Shown here in pieces: positions 9,857 through 17,318 of a DNA stretch of 64,000 nucleotides. Location: contig JBAZSZ010000003.1 of NCBI GenBank assembly GCA_041662205.1, forward strand, positions 9,772-73,771. The letters are read 5' to 3'. The position numbers were made by a program, and so were the translations under genes. This DNA is from Minisyncoccota bacterium (GTDB taxonomy: Bacteria > Patescibacteriota > Minisyncoccia > Phycocordibacterales > UBA9973). How positions within the stretch are numbered: position 1 is the first letter of the stretch; every line of letters begins with the position of its first letter. The notes beneath the pieces were generated by a model. It was not told the DNA's origin. It saw only the letters and a list, made by a program, of their open reading frames with translations, and ran no database searches.

Positions 9857-9876
9857 ATCTACGCTATAGCGTAGAT
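9857..9876. repeat. Perfect 20-bp palindrome atctacgctatagcgtagat (copy 1)
   Basis: Read directly. An identical copy lies at 10271..10290. Together they bracket ORF 9903..10265. Confidence 0.9.
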
Positions 9877-9902
9877 TAAGGAATGGTTATATAATCTATA
9901 TT

Positions 9903-10265
9903 ATGGCTGGAAGAAAATTAAAATATAAAGGTATGTCGGTGAATGTGTTTGGCTTACCAAGTTTTGGTAATTCTCATAAGGAAAATAAAATACTAAAAAT
10001 ACCAAAACGACGATATCTTCAATCCTTTATTTCTGATTTTAAAAAAGATTCACCTAAAAATTTGCTTCTAATTTATGATATTCCTGAAGGAAGAAAGAAG
10101 GAGAGGGATTGGTTTCGTCGTCAGCTAAAAAATTTTGACTTTATTATGATCCAAAGAAGTGTTTGGGTCGGACCATCACCTTTGCCAGTCAATTTTCTTG
10201 CCTACTTAAAAAGAATTGGATTACAAAAAGAATTTAAGACATTTAAACTAGCTAAGCCATATTAA
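9903..10265 (+). CDS. Small protein with a Cas2/VapD-like motif (also resembles the PaaX central-domain pattern); no CRISPR context
   Basis: Segment LLLIYDIPEGRKKERDWFRRQLKNFDFIMIQRSVWVGP matches the Cas2 core (hhhYDI..+R+.+h.+.L..aG.R.Q.SVa). A 55-aa basic N-terminal extension precedes it. Flanked by identical palindromes. Confidence 0.4.
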   Translation: MAGRKLKYKGMSVNVFGLPSFGNSHKENKILKIPKRRYLQSFISDFKKDSPKNLLLIYDIPEGRKKERDWFRRQLKNFDFIMIQRSVWVGPSPLPVNFLAYLKRIGLQKEFKTFKLAKPY

Positions 10266-10270
10266 AATTA

Positions 10271-10290
10271 ATCTACGCTATAGCGTAGAT
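10271..10290. repeat. Perfect 20-bp palindrome atctacgctatagcgtagat (copy 2)
   Basis: Identical to 9857..9876. Starts 6 nt after the stop of ORF 9903..10265. Confidence 0.9.
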
Positions 10291-10340
10291 GCAATAAGTA
10301 ATCTATTTATTTTTTAACTTCTCTCTGTTATACTCTTTAC

Positions 10341-10613
10341 ATGAACATTAAAGACGTTGAAAACCTTGCCAGCCTTGCTAGAATTGAGCTAGGAGAAGAA
10401 GAAAAAAAGAACCTACTCTCCGATATGGAGAGTATTTTAGGTTACGTCAAACAGATTGAAGAAGTGAAAGCCGAAGACGTAGAACCGGAATATAAAGTTT
10501 ATAATGTTTGGCGAGAGGACGAAATAATTCCAAGAGAATTTTCAAGAGAAATTATCGCAGAACAATTTCCAGATGCGCAAGAAGGATTTTTGAAAGTTAA
10601 AAAGATTTTGTGA
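10341..10613 (+). CDS. gatC: Asp/Glu-tRNA amidotransferase subunit C
   Basis: 90 aa. Begins MNIKDVENLASLARIELGEEEKKNL, which is GatC-like. Immediately precedes gatA. Confidence 0.8.
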   Translation: MNIKDVENLASLARIELGEEEKKNLLSDMESILGYVKQIEEVKAEDVEPEYKVYNVWREDEIIPREFSREIIAEQFPDAQEGFLKVKKIL

Positions 10614-10689
10614 ACATATCCTGTCATAAATTTTTTCCTCTTCCTCCCTTCTTGGATTACCAAGTGGGACCCACAGAGTTAAAAAATTT

Positions 10690-12132
10690 ATGACAGGCTA
10701 TGTTTTAAACAATATGATTGATTTAGAAAATTTAACAATAGAAAAAGCAAGAAAAGCTCTTGATGCGAAAGAATTTTCGGCGGTAGATTTAGCGTCCGCT
10801 TATTTAGCCGAGATTGAAAAGAAAAATAAAGAACTCAATGCATATTTGGAAGTTTTTGATGATGTGCTGGAACAAGCAAAAAAAGCAGACGAGATGATAG
10901 CCAAAGGGGAGACTTATCCACTACTTGGTATTCCTTTGGCTATTAAAGATGTGATATTAATCAAAGGCAGGAAAGTTTCTGCTGCTTCAAAAATTCTAGA
11001 AAATTATATCGCTTCGTATGATGCTACAGTTATCACTAAATTAAAAAAACAAGGGGTAGTATTTTTAGGTAGAACTAATACCGATGAATTTGCGATGGGT
11101 GGCTCTACTGAAAATTCAGCTTATGGAGTAACAAGAAATCCTCACGATGTATCACGGGTAGCAGGAGGGTCTTCTGGTGGATCAGTGGTCGCGGTGGCTG
11201 CAAATATGGCTCTGGGAGCCTTGGGTTCTGATACAGGTGGATCAGTGCGAGAGCCAGCTTCTTTTTGTGGAATAGTAGGCATGAAGCCTACTTATGGGAG
11301 GGTTTCTCGATATGGTCTTATCGCTATGGGTTCTTCTTTGGATTGTATTGGATCTATTGCTAAAAATATAACTGATGTTGAAATTATCTATAATGCTATT
11401 TATGGAAATGATGTGTTAGACAGCACTAGTATCACAGACACTACTTATTCAAAATCTTCCTTTAAAAAAGTTATTGGTGTGCCATGGGACTTAGTAAATG
11501 GAGAGGGTGTTGATTCAGATGTTAAGGAAAATTTTAAACAGTCTGTTTTAAAGTTAGAAAATCTTGGTTTTAAAATTAAAGATATTTCAATAAAAAATTT
11601 AGATCTAGCTCTGGCAATATATTATATTATAATGCCCGCTGAAGCGTCCACTAATTTGTCTCGTTTTGATGGGGTGCGATATGGTCTACACAAAGAAGGT
11701 AAAAATTTATTAGAAGATTATATGTTAACAAAAGGAAAAGGTTTTGGGAGAGAGGTTCGCCGTAGAATACTTTTGGGTACTTATGTGCTTTCTGCTGGTT
11801 ATTATGATGCTTATTATGGCAAGGCCCAAAATATTCGTAGTGTCTTAAGAAAAGAATTAATAAAAACATTTCAAGACGTTGATATTATAGCCACACCTAC
11901 TTCTCCTATACCGGCTTGGAAAATAGGGGAAAAAAGTGATCCGCTTTCTATGTATTTAGCAGATATATTTACTATTACTGCGAATATTGTTGGAGTTCCA
12001 GCTGTTTCAATACCATCAGGCTTAATGGAGGTAGAAGGCAAAAAATTACCTCTTGGTATTCAGTTTATGGTGTCACATGGAGCAGAAGAAGTGCTTTTCG
12101 AAGTCGGTAAAAAATTTGAAGAAATGCTATAA
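10690..12132 (+). CDS. gatA: Glu/Asp-tRNA amidotransferase subunit A (amidase signature family)
   Basis: Amidase signature block GGSSGGSVVAVAANMALGALGSDTGGSVREPA with the catalytic Ser, at GatA length. Confidence 0.9.
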   Translation: MTGYVLNNMIDLENLTIEKARKALDAKEFSAVDLASAYLAEIEKKNKELNAYLEVFDDVLEQAKKADEMIAKGETYPLLGIPLAIKDVILIKGRKVSAASKILENYIASYDATVITKLKKQGVVFLGRTNTDEFAMGGSTENSAYGVTRNPHDVSRVAGGSSGGSVVAVAANMALGALGSDTGGSVREPASFCGIVGMKPTYGRVSRYGLIAMGSSLDCIGSIAKNITDVEIIYNAIYGNDVLDSTSITDTTYSKSSFKKVIGVPWDLVNGEGVDSDVKENFKQSVLKLENLGFKIKDISIKNLDLALAIYYIIMPAEASTNLSRFDGVRYGLHKEGKNLLEDYMLTKGKGFGREVRRRILLGTYVLSAGYYDAYYGKAQNIRSVLRKELIKTFQDVDIIATPTSPIPAWKIGEKSDPLSMYLADIFTITANIVGVPAVSIPSGLMEVEGKKLPLGIQFMVSHGAEEVLFEVGKKFEEML

Positions 12133-12139
12133 TTTTATT

Positions 12140-12784
12140 ATGGAAACAGTTAATCAAAATTCCTTTTTACAAAACACTTTTATTGATTCAAAGTATTTTA
12201 ATCCTGAATATTTATTCAATCAAGGATCTATTTTTTTTCATGATTTATTTTCTTTTCTTTCCGAAGTTCCCATTGATCAGGTAATAATTTTTATAAAAAC
12301 AATTCTTTTCTTTTTAGCGATGTTTTTTTTGACCATAATTTGTTATGTGATTGTTCGAATGCTCGAAATTAGAGCAAAGGAACATAAATACACTCATGAT
12401 GAAATTCATGAATATGCTCATAAAAAAGAACAAGAGGAAAAAAAGAAACGTGAAGAGTCTAGGGGTTCAAAAAATGAGCGTTGGGTAAAGACTCTTAGTT
12501 ACCTTTTTTCTCAACATGCGAGTGATTGGAAGCTTTCAATCATCGAAGCGGACTCTATGCTTGAAAGTCTAATGGAGCAACTTGGTTTCAGAGGAGAAAC
12601 CTTAGGAGATAGATTAAAAATGGCTAATCAAGAAAATTTCCCAAATCTTACTATTGCTTGGGAGGTTCATACTATTAGAAATAGAATAGCGCATGAAGGT
12701 TTGAATTTCGAGGTCTCTCAACATGAAGCGAAAAGAGTCATCGCTTTATACGAGCAAATTTTTCATGAGTATGGCTATATTTGA
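12140..12784 (+). CDS. Membrane-anchored protein with a C-terminal HEPN-like domain (Rx4H: TIRNRIAHEG)
   Basis: One TM helix (ILFFLAMFFLTIICYVIV), a charged coiled linker, then a helical C-terminal domain with an RNxxxH motif typical of HEPN RNases. Start taken at METVNQ after the gatA stop. Confidence 0.45.
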   Translation: METVNQNSFLQNTFIDSKYFNPEYLFNQGSIFFHDLFSFLSEVPIDQVIIFIKTILFFLAMFFLTIICYVIVRMLEIRAKEHKYTHDEIHEYAHKKEQEEKKKREESRGSKNERWVKTLSYLFSQHASDWKLSIIEADSMLESLMEQLGFRGETLGDRLKMANQENFPNLTIAWEVHTIRNRIAHEGLNFEVSQHEAKRVIALYEQIFHEYGYI

Positions 12785-12825
12785 TTTTAAGTTTGCTTTT
12801 TAAAGAATTTAAGGTAAAATTGATA

Positions 12826-12850
12826 GGTGCCTCAGAGAAGGCATTTTTTA
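12826..12850 (+). terminator. Hairpin plus T-tract after ORF 12140..12784
   Basis: ggtgcctcagagaaggca followed by tttttt. Confidence 0.4.
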
Positions 12851-12855
12851 ATATA

Positions 12856-12924
12856 GCGGGGTAGAGAAGAGGTATCTCGTAAGGCTCATAACCTTAAGAC
12901 TCACGTTCGATTCGTGACCCCGCA
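12856..12924 (+). tRNA. tRNA with CAT anticodon (Met or Ile-lysidine type), short D-arm
   Basis: Acceptor gcggggt/accccgc. Anticodon stem taagg/cctta with loop ctCATaa. T-loop ttcgatt. Folded by eye. Confidence 0.55.
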
Positions 12925-12980
12925 ACAAGTCGGCAAGTGACATGCCAAAATGTCTAATTGTCGAGTATAATGTATAATAT

Positions 12981-13053
12981 GTCGGCGTAGCTCAGTTAGT
13001 AGAGCACGGGACTCATAAGCCCGGGGTCGCAGGCGCACTCCCTGCCGCCGACA
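12981..13053 (+). tRNA. tRNA with CAT anticodon, three G:C pairs in the anticodon stem (initiator-like), atypical T-loop (cgcactc)
   Basis: Acceptor gtcggcg/cgccgac. D-arm tagctcagttagtagagca. Anticodon loop ctCATaa. T-stem gcagg/cctgc. Confidence 0.5.
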
Positions 13054-13075
13054 CCCTCAAAAAAGAGGAAAATAT

Positions 13076-13149
13076 GCGGGCGTAGCTCAACTGGTTAGAG
13101 CGCATCCCTGTCACGGATGAGGTTGCCGGTTCAAGTCCGGTCGCTCGCG
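13076..13149 (+). tRNA. tRNA-Asp (GTC)
   Basis: Acceptor gcgggcg/cgctcgc. Anticodon stem catcc/ggatg with loop ctGTCac. T-arm gccgg-ttcaagt-ccggt. Confidence 0.8.
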
Positions 13150-13158
13150 CAAATTAAA

Positions 13159-13187
13159 AATACCGTAGCTTCTGCTACGGTATTTTT
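13159..13187. terminator. Hairpin plus T-run directly after tRNA-Asp (bidirectional)
   Basis: aaaataccgtag-cttctg-ctacggtattttt. Confidence 0.5.
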
Positions 13188-13320
13188 AATTCTAGCGCGA
13201 TGTAAGCAAGCAAACTGCTTTGCTTGCGTCCGGCTTGAACAGGCGGAGCCGTGTCGCAAAGCGACAGGCGAGCCCGGGGAGGAAGTTCTTAGGAGCAAAG
13301 GCGACTTAGAAACTTGACCC

Positions 13321-13340
13321 CAAGTCCGGTCGCTCGCGCA
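13321..13340 (+). repeat. Exact 20-nt duplicate of the tRNA-Asp 3' end (caagtccggtcgctcgcgca), att-site-like
   Basis: Identical to 13132..13151, the T-loop-to-3'-end region of tRNA-Asp. Separated from the tRNA by a 170-bp GC-rich segment. Confidence 0.8.
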
Positions 13341-13382
13341 GTATAAAATTTAGAAATAATATCTTTATTTCACAATGACTTT

Positions 13383-13435
13383 TCAGTTCCAACTGAGAGC
13401 AGTTTTTATACTGGTCTATTTGATGTTGGAACTGA
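13383..13435. repeat. 11-bp inverted repeat tcagttccaac ... gttggaactga with a 31-bp spacer
   Basis: Read directly. Lies just downstream of the duplicated tRNA 3' end. Confidence 0.7.
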
Positions 13436-13482
13436 TATAATAATATAGGTCAAAATTTATTAATTTTAATTATGTAGATAAT

Positions 13483-13704
13483 ATGAAAATATCAAAAATA
13501 ATGCACGTCGCTAGTGTTATCGTAGGGTTGGTTGGGATAGTTGTTTTTATTAAAACACTTGGAGTTCCGTCAGATGGGATGGTTTTCGGAATCACAAAAT
13601 TTGATGCGTTGTTCTGTATAGCAATTCTTTTTCTTATCGCTATTTGGAGCCAAGTTGGAACTATTCATCATATGATGCTTGAAAAAACAGGCGAGATTAT
13701 ATAA
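13483..13704 (+). CDS. Small hypothetical membrane protein (2 TM)
   Basis: 73-aa ORF with two hydrophobic helices. Confidence 0.4.
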   Translation: MKISKIMHVASVIVGLVGIVVFIKTLGVPSDGMVFGITKFDALFCIAILFLIAIWSQVGTIHHMMLEKTGEII

Positions 13705-13711
13705 AAATCAC

Positions 13712-13740
13712 TTGACATTTATACCCCATAGGGGTATAAC
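13712..13740 (+). promoter_or_regulatory. Sigma70-like promoter (TTGACA-N17-TATAAC) with the palindrome ATACCCcataGGGGTAT in its spacer (CsoR-type operator candidate)
   Basis: cttgacatttataccccataggggtataac. The palindrome ATACCC-N5-GGGTAT is the same as in the csoR-copA promoter at 51870..51898. Confidence 0.55.
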
Positions 13741-13812
13741 CAAAGCTGGGAGTAATTTTATTAGTCAATAAAATTATTAGACTTAATTAACAGCTAATTA
13801 AATTTTAATTAT

Positions 13813-14055
13813 ATGATGTATGGAATATATAATGGTTATGGAGGTTGGGGGAATATGATGGGTTATTTTGGAGGAGGAATTATGATGTTTTTATTTTGGG
13901 GAGCGATTATTTATTTTATTGTCTGGCTGGTTCGCAATAACAAAACAAATGGGGCAGATAGCAGTAAAAAGGCATTAGATATTTTAAAAGAAAGATATGC
14001 CAAAGGTGAGATAGATAAAAAAGAGTTTGAGGAAAAGAAGAAAGATTTAAGTTAA
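13813..14055 (+). CDS. SHOCT-domain membrane protein (Gly/Tyr-rich N-terminus, TM helix, C-terminal [22 protein letters not shown])
   Basis: C-terminal SHOCT motif. A paralog sits at 35401..35643 on the minus strand. Confidence 0.6.
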   Translation: MMYGIYNGYGGWGNMMGYFGGGIMMFLFWGAIIYFIVWLVRNNKTNGADSSKKALDILKERYAKGEIDKKEFEEKKKDLS

Positions 14056-14061
14056 GTTATT

Positions 14062-14388
14062 ATGAAACTAGGAATGATTTTACAATCAAATAAACCAGAG
14101 CGTGTATGGAATACATTCCGTCTTGGAATTACTTCGCTTAAAGCTGGACATCAAGTAGAAATCTTTTTGATGAGCGAAGGTTCAGAATTAGATACAATTC
14201 CCGACACTAAGGATTTTGATATTTCCAAGAAAGTATTGGAGTTTAAAGAATTAAAAGGCAAGATTTATGCTTGTGGTAGTTGTCTTAAAATTCGTGGAAA
14301 GGAAGAAAGTAGTGTATGTCCAATTTCCACGATGTCCGACTTGCTCAAAATGGTTGAGAGTTCAGATAAATTATTAGTATTTGGATAA
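14062..14388 (+). CDS. DsrE/DsrF/TusD-like protein
   Basis: 108 aa. The conserved Cys sits in KIYACGSCLKIRG, as in DsrE-family sulfur-relay or redox proteins. Confidence 0.5.
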   Translation: MKLGMILQSNKPERVWNTFRLGITSLKAGHQVEIFLMSEGSELDTIPDTKDFDISKKVLEFKELKGKIYACGSCLKIRGKEESSVCPISTMSDLLKMVESSDKLLVFG

Positions 14389-14587
14389 AATTCCACTAAA
14401 CTGCAATTTACTCTTTCTGGATACATTTCTCTGGCTTTTTGTCTAAATTAGGTATAAAAATATAATCCTTATGATTGCGGATAGCGGTTCACACTTCGTT
14501 TACCAGTACGTGCAAATATTTTAGCCATTAAAATAAGGACCAAAAGTTCACGATTATGGTGGGCTTGATTTGTGATATAATTTTAGT

Positions 14588-15418
14588 ATGAAAAGATTAT
14601 TGATTTATATTGCTACTTTTTTTGTTATTTTAATAATAATTTTTATTTATCTTTTTAAGAATAAAAAAATAGAAACAATTAAAAATCCTATAGTGCCAGA
14701 AGCGGTCGCTATGTGTTATTTTTATTCTAAAAATACTTCAAATATTTTTGCTGATCGTGCTTGGCTTAAAATGAGTATTTTAGGTGATAAAGTAACAGGC
14801 GAATATCAAAATCTTCCAGCCGAAAAAGACAGCAAGATTGGAAAATTTAGTGGAGTAGTCGGCAAGATGGATCCTAAAATTAGTGGACGTATCGCCGATG
14901 TATGGTGGGATTCTTTAGCTGAAGGTATGACTGTAACTGAACAATTAAAAATTGAGTTTGGTGAAGGTAGTGCCGTTGTGTTTTTTGGTGAAATGATCGA
15001 TAGAGGAGACGGAGTTTACGTATATAAAGATGTCACAAAATTAACTCCAGGATTTCAAATGTCACAAATAGATTGTGAATCATTAGATGATAGAATAATA
15101 GTTGAAAATTATATTCGTAATAATGTTAAAACCATTGTGCCAGAAAAGCCTGTATTAGGTGGTTCGTGGTATGTAATTTCTGTAAATATAAATTCTTTTA
15201 CAAAAACAGGTTCTATGGTGTATGAAGATGGTCACATACAAGGGGAAAAAAGTTTTAATTATGTTCGGAATGGCACACAAGTAATAATTAATTTAATAAA
15301 TAGTTTACCTTCCATTAGATCAAAAGAACCAGTTGCTTGCACTATGGATGCTAAACAATGCCCTGACGGTTCTTATGTTGGCCGTACTGGTCCTAATTGT
15401 GAATTTGTTTGCCCTTAA
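14588..15418 (+). CDS. Hypothetical exported/membrane-anchored protein with a Cys-rich C-terminus (CTMDAKQCPDGSYVGRTGPNCEFVCP)
   Basis: N-terminal TM/signal region. No known motifs. Confidence 0.5.
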   Translation: MKRLLIYIATFFVILIIIFIYLFKNKKIETIKNPIVPEAVAMCYFYSKNTSNIFADRAWLKMSILGDKVTGEYQNLPAEKDSKIGKFSGVVGKMDPKISGRIADVWWDSLAEGMTVTEQLKIEFGEGSAVVFFGEMIDRGDGVYVYKDVTKLTPGFQMSQIDCESLDDRIIVENYIRNNVKTIVPEKPVLGGSWYVISVNINSFTKTGSMVYEDGHIQGEKSFNYVRNGTQVIINLINSLPSIRSKEPVACTMDAKQCPDGSYVGRTGPNCEFVCP

Positions 15419-15533
15419 TATAAGTTTGAATCTAGATTTTGTTTTCTCCAACCTTGCTTAGTTATATTTTTATTATATAATTATATAGGTCGTAACAATA
15501 TAAGAAAGATTATTATTAACTTTTTAAAATTTT

Positions 15534-15731
15534 ATGGCTGATACAATTATTACAAATTCTCCTGAAAGAGACGGAGGTGGTGGTGCAGGATGGGTAGTGG
15601 CCTTGGTTATTATTATTGCAGTTATTATTGGAGGTATAGTGCTGTATCGTCGAGGTGTATTTAGAGCGGCTCCAGCAGGTGACACTAATATTAATGTTAC
15701 TTTACCAAACCCTGTTGATTTGCCAAACTAA
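15534..15731 (+). CDS. Small single-TM hypothetical protein
   Basis: 65 aa with a Gly-rich N-terminus and a TM helix. Confidence 0.35.
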   Translation: MADTIITNSPERDGGGGAGWVVALVIIIAVIIGGIVLYRRGVFRAAPAGDTNINVTLPNPVDLPN

Positions 15732-15954
15732 CGTAACAAATAGTCTGAAAGAGCTTTGTTTTTAATTACTAGGTTTTTTAATAAATAAATTATTTATGTC
15801 GTTACTTACAATTTCTGAAATTATTTTTTTTCTTGTCTATGGTGTTAGTCATTTTTACCCGTTCAAAAATTCACAGATAATCTGTGCAATTGCGGCTATT
15901 GTAGTTGCTGTTCTTTTGATTGTTAAAATTTAGTTTTCACTAAATTGTGCAAGC

Positions 15955-15986
15955 ACAAAAAAAACCATATTAATATGGTTTTTTTT
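15955..15986. terminator. Bidirectional terminator hairpin flanked by A- and T-runs
   Basis: aaaaaaaaaccatattaatatggtttttttt, between convergent genes. Confidence 0.55.
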
Positions 15987-15992
15987 GTTTGT

Positions 15993-16448
15993 TTATAGAG
16001 ATTCAGGACTTTTTGAAAAATACGGGATTAATTTGGTTGAATAATATCCGCCTACAAAAGCAAGGGTGTGGATAATTCCAAAAGCTACTCCGGTTCCAAA
16101 AAGATCCATCCCTAAAAATGTTAATTTATTTAAGGAAATTCCAAAAGGATAAAAATAAACATTAAAAACCTTGTTCATTATAAAAGGCAGAATATTGTAA
16201 TAAAATCCAAAAATTGAGGCCACTAAGATTCCAGCTACGGATACCTTGATAAATTCTTTTCTATTCACATCAATAAAGGAAAGGAAAAGAATTGAAAACA
16301 AAAAGTAAAGGGAAAATTTTACGATAAAGTAAGGAAGTGTTTCCATTGGGTTGGAGAATAATAAATGAGAAAAATAATCAATCACGTAGACACCCACGAA
16401 CGATATTATTATCGCATTCAGTGCTATTTTAAAATAATTTTTTTTCAT
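15993..16448 (-). CDS. Hypothetical polytopic membrane protein
   Basis: 151 aa with 4-5 hydrophobic helices. Confidence 0.5.
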   Translation of the reverse strand: MKKNYFKIALNAIIISFVGVYVIDYFSHLLFSNPMETLPYFIVKFSLYFLFSILFLSFIDVNRKEFIKVSVAGILVASIFGFYYNILPFIMNKVFNVYFYPFGISLNKLTFLGMDLFGTGVAFGIIHTLAFVGGYYSTKLIPYFSKSPESL

Positions 16449-16540
16449 ACTGTCATTATACCATTTTTATTAATTAAATTAAAATCATTAGCCAACAAGG
16501 AGTACATTTGCAAATCGTTTGTATTTAGAATATCATTTCT

Positions 16541-17293
16541 TTGATGATTACATCATATATTTACGCATTGATTGCTGTTGTCATAGTCAGCTTGGTTTCA
16601 TTGGTTGGAGCTTTTTTTATTTCTATGAAAGAAGAACTGATAAAAAAGTATATTTTTTTGTTGGTTAGTTTGGCAGTGGGGGCTCTTTTAGGAGATGCCT
16701 TTATTCATTTAATACCGGAAGCATTTGAAAATTCTTTAAATCCTCTTTCTGTCAGCTTGTTTATTGTTGCGGGGATTATTTTATTTTTTGCATTAGAAAA
16801 GTTTATGCATTGGCATCATCATGGTGATGATACAGAAGAACACGATATTCACCCAGTAGGAAAACTTGTACTTTTTTCAGACGGTATTCATAATTTTATA
16901 GACGGAGTAATTATTGGGATAAGTTTTTTAGTAAGCGTTCCCATTGGTATTGCTACTACTTTGGCGGTCATCTTACACGAAATACCACAAGAGATAGGAG
17001 ATTTTGCAGTATTGTTGCACTCTGGATACACTAGAAAGCGAGCATTATGGCTTAATTTCCTATCCGCTTTAACAGCTATACTCGGAACTTTCTTAGCTTT
17101 TGTATTAGGAGAAACCAGTGAGAGCTTTACGAATTGGGTTCTACCGTTAGCAGCTGGAGGATTTATTTATATTGCAGTGGCAGATTTAATTCCAGAACTT
17201 CAAAAAACAAAAAAGGCGAGTTATTCTTTTTTTCAGTTGTTTTTCTTAATTATGGGAGTGATTTTAATGGTAGGCTTAGTTTTCTTAGAATAA
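16541..17293 (+). CDS. ZIP-family divalent metal (Zn/Fe) transporter
   Basis: ZIP signature HEIPQEIGDFAVLL, a His-rich loop (HWHHHGDDTEEHDIH) and 8 TM segments. Confidence 0.8.
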   Translation: MMITSYIYALIAVVIVSLVSLVGAFFISMKEELIKKYIFLLVSLAVGALLGDAFIHLIPEAFENSLNPLSVSLFIVAGIILFFALEKFMHWHHHGDDTEEHDIHPVGKLVLFSDGIHNFIDGVIIGISFLVSVPIGIATTLAVILHEIPQEIGDFAVLLHSGYTRKRALWLNFLSALTAILGTFLAFVLGETSESFTNWVLPLAAGGFIYIAVADLIPELQKTKKASYSFFQLFFLIMGVILMVGLVFLE

Positions 17294-17318
17294 GTTTAAA
17301 AAGGTATATAATATATAT

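Noticed and set aside
9903-10265. Calling this ORF a bona fide CRISPR-associated Cas2
   Set aside because: There is no cas1, no array and no other cas genes in the window. The protein has a 55-aa N-terminal extension atypical for Cas2. I kept it only as a Cas2/VapD-like fold candidate.
12053-12139. N-terminal extension of ORF 12053..12784 overlapping gatA
   Set aside because: It overlaps the gatA C-terminus in another frame. The ATG at 12140 follows the gatA stop directly.
13190-13340. tmRNA or another tRNA-like ncRNA in the GC-rich segment after tRNA-Asp
   Set aside because: The 3' copy starts within the T-loop, so no T-arm can form. It is better explained as an att-site duplication.
15796-15933. 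45-aa hydrophobic peptide ORF (MSLLTISEIIFFLVYGVSHFYPFKNSQIICAIAAIVVAVLLIVKI)
   Set aside because: No RBS and no conservation evidence. It could be real (small TM peptide), but the support is too weak to list as a feature.
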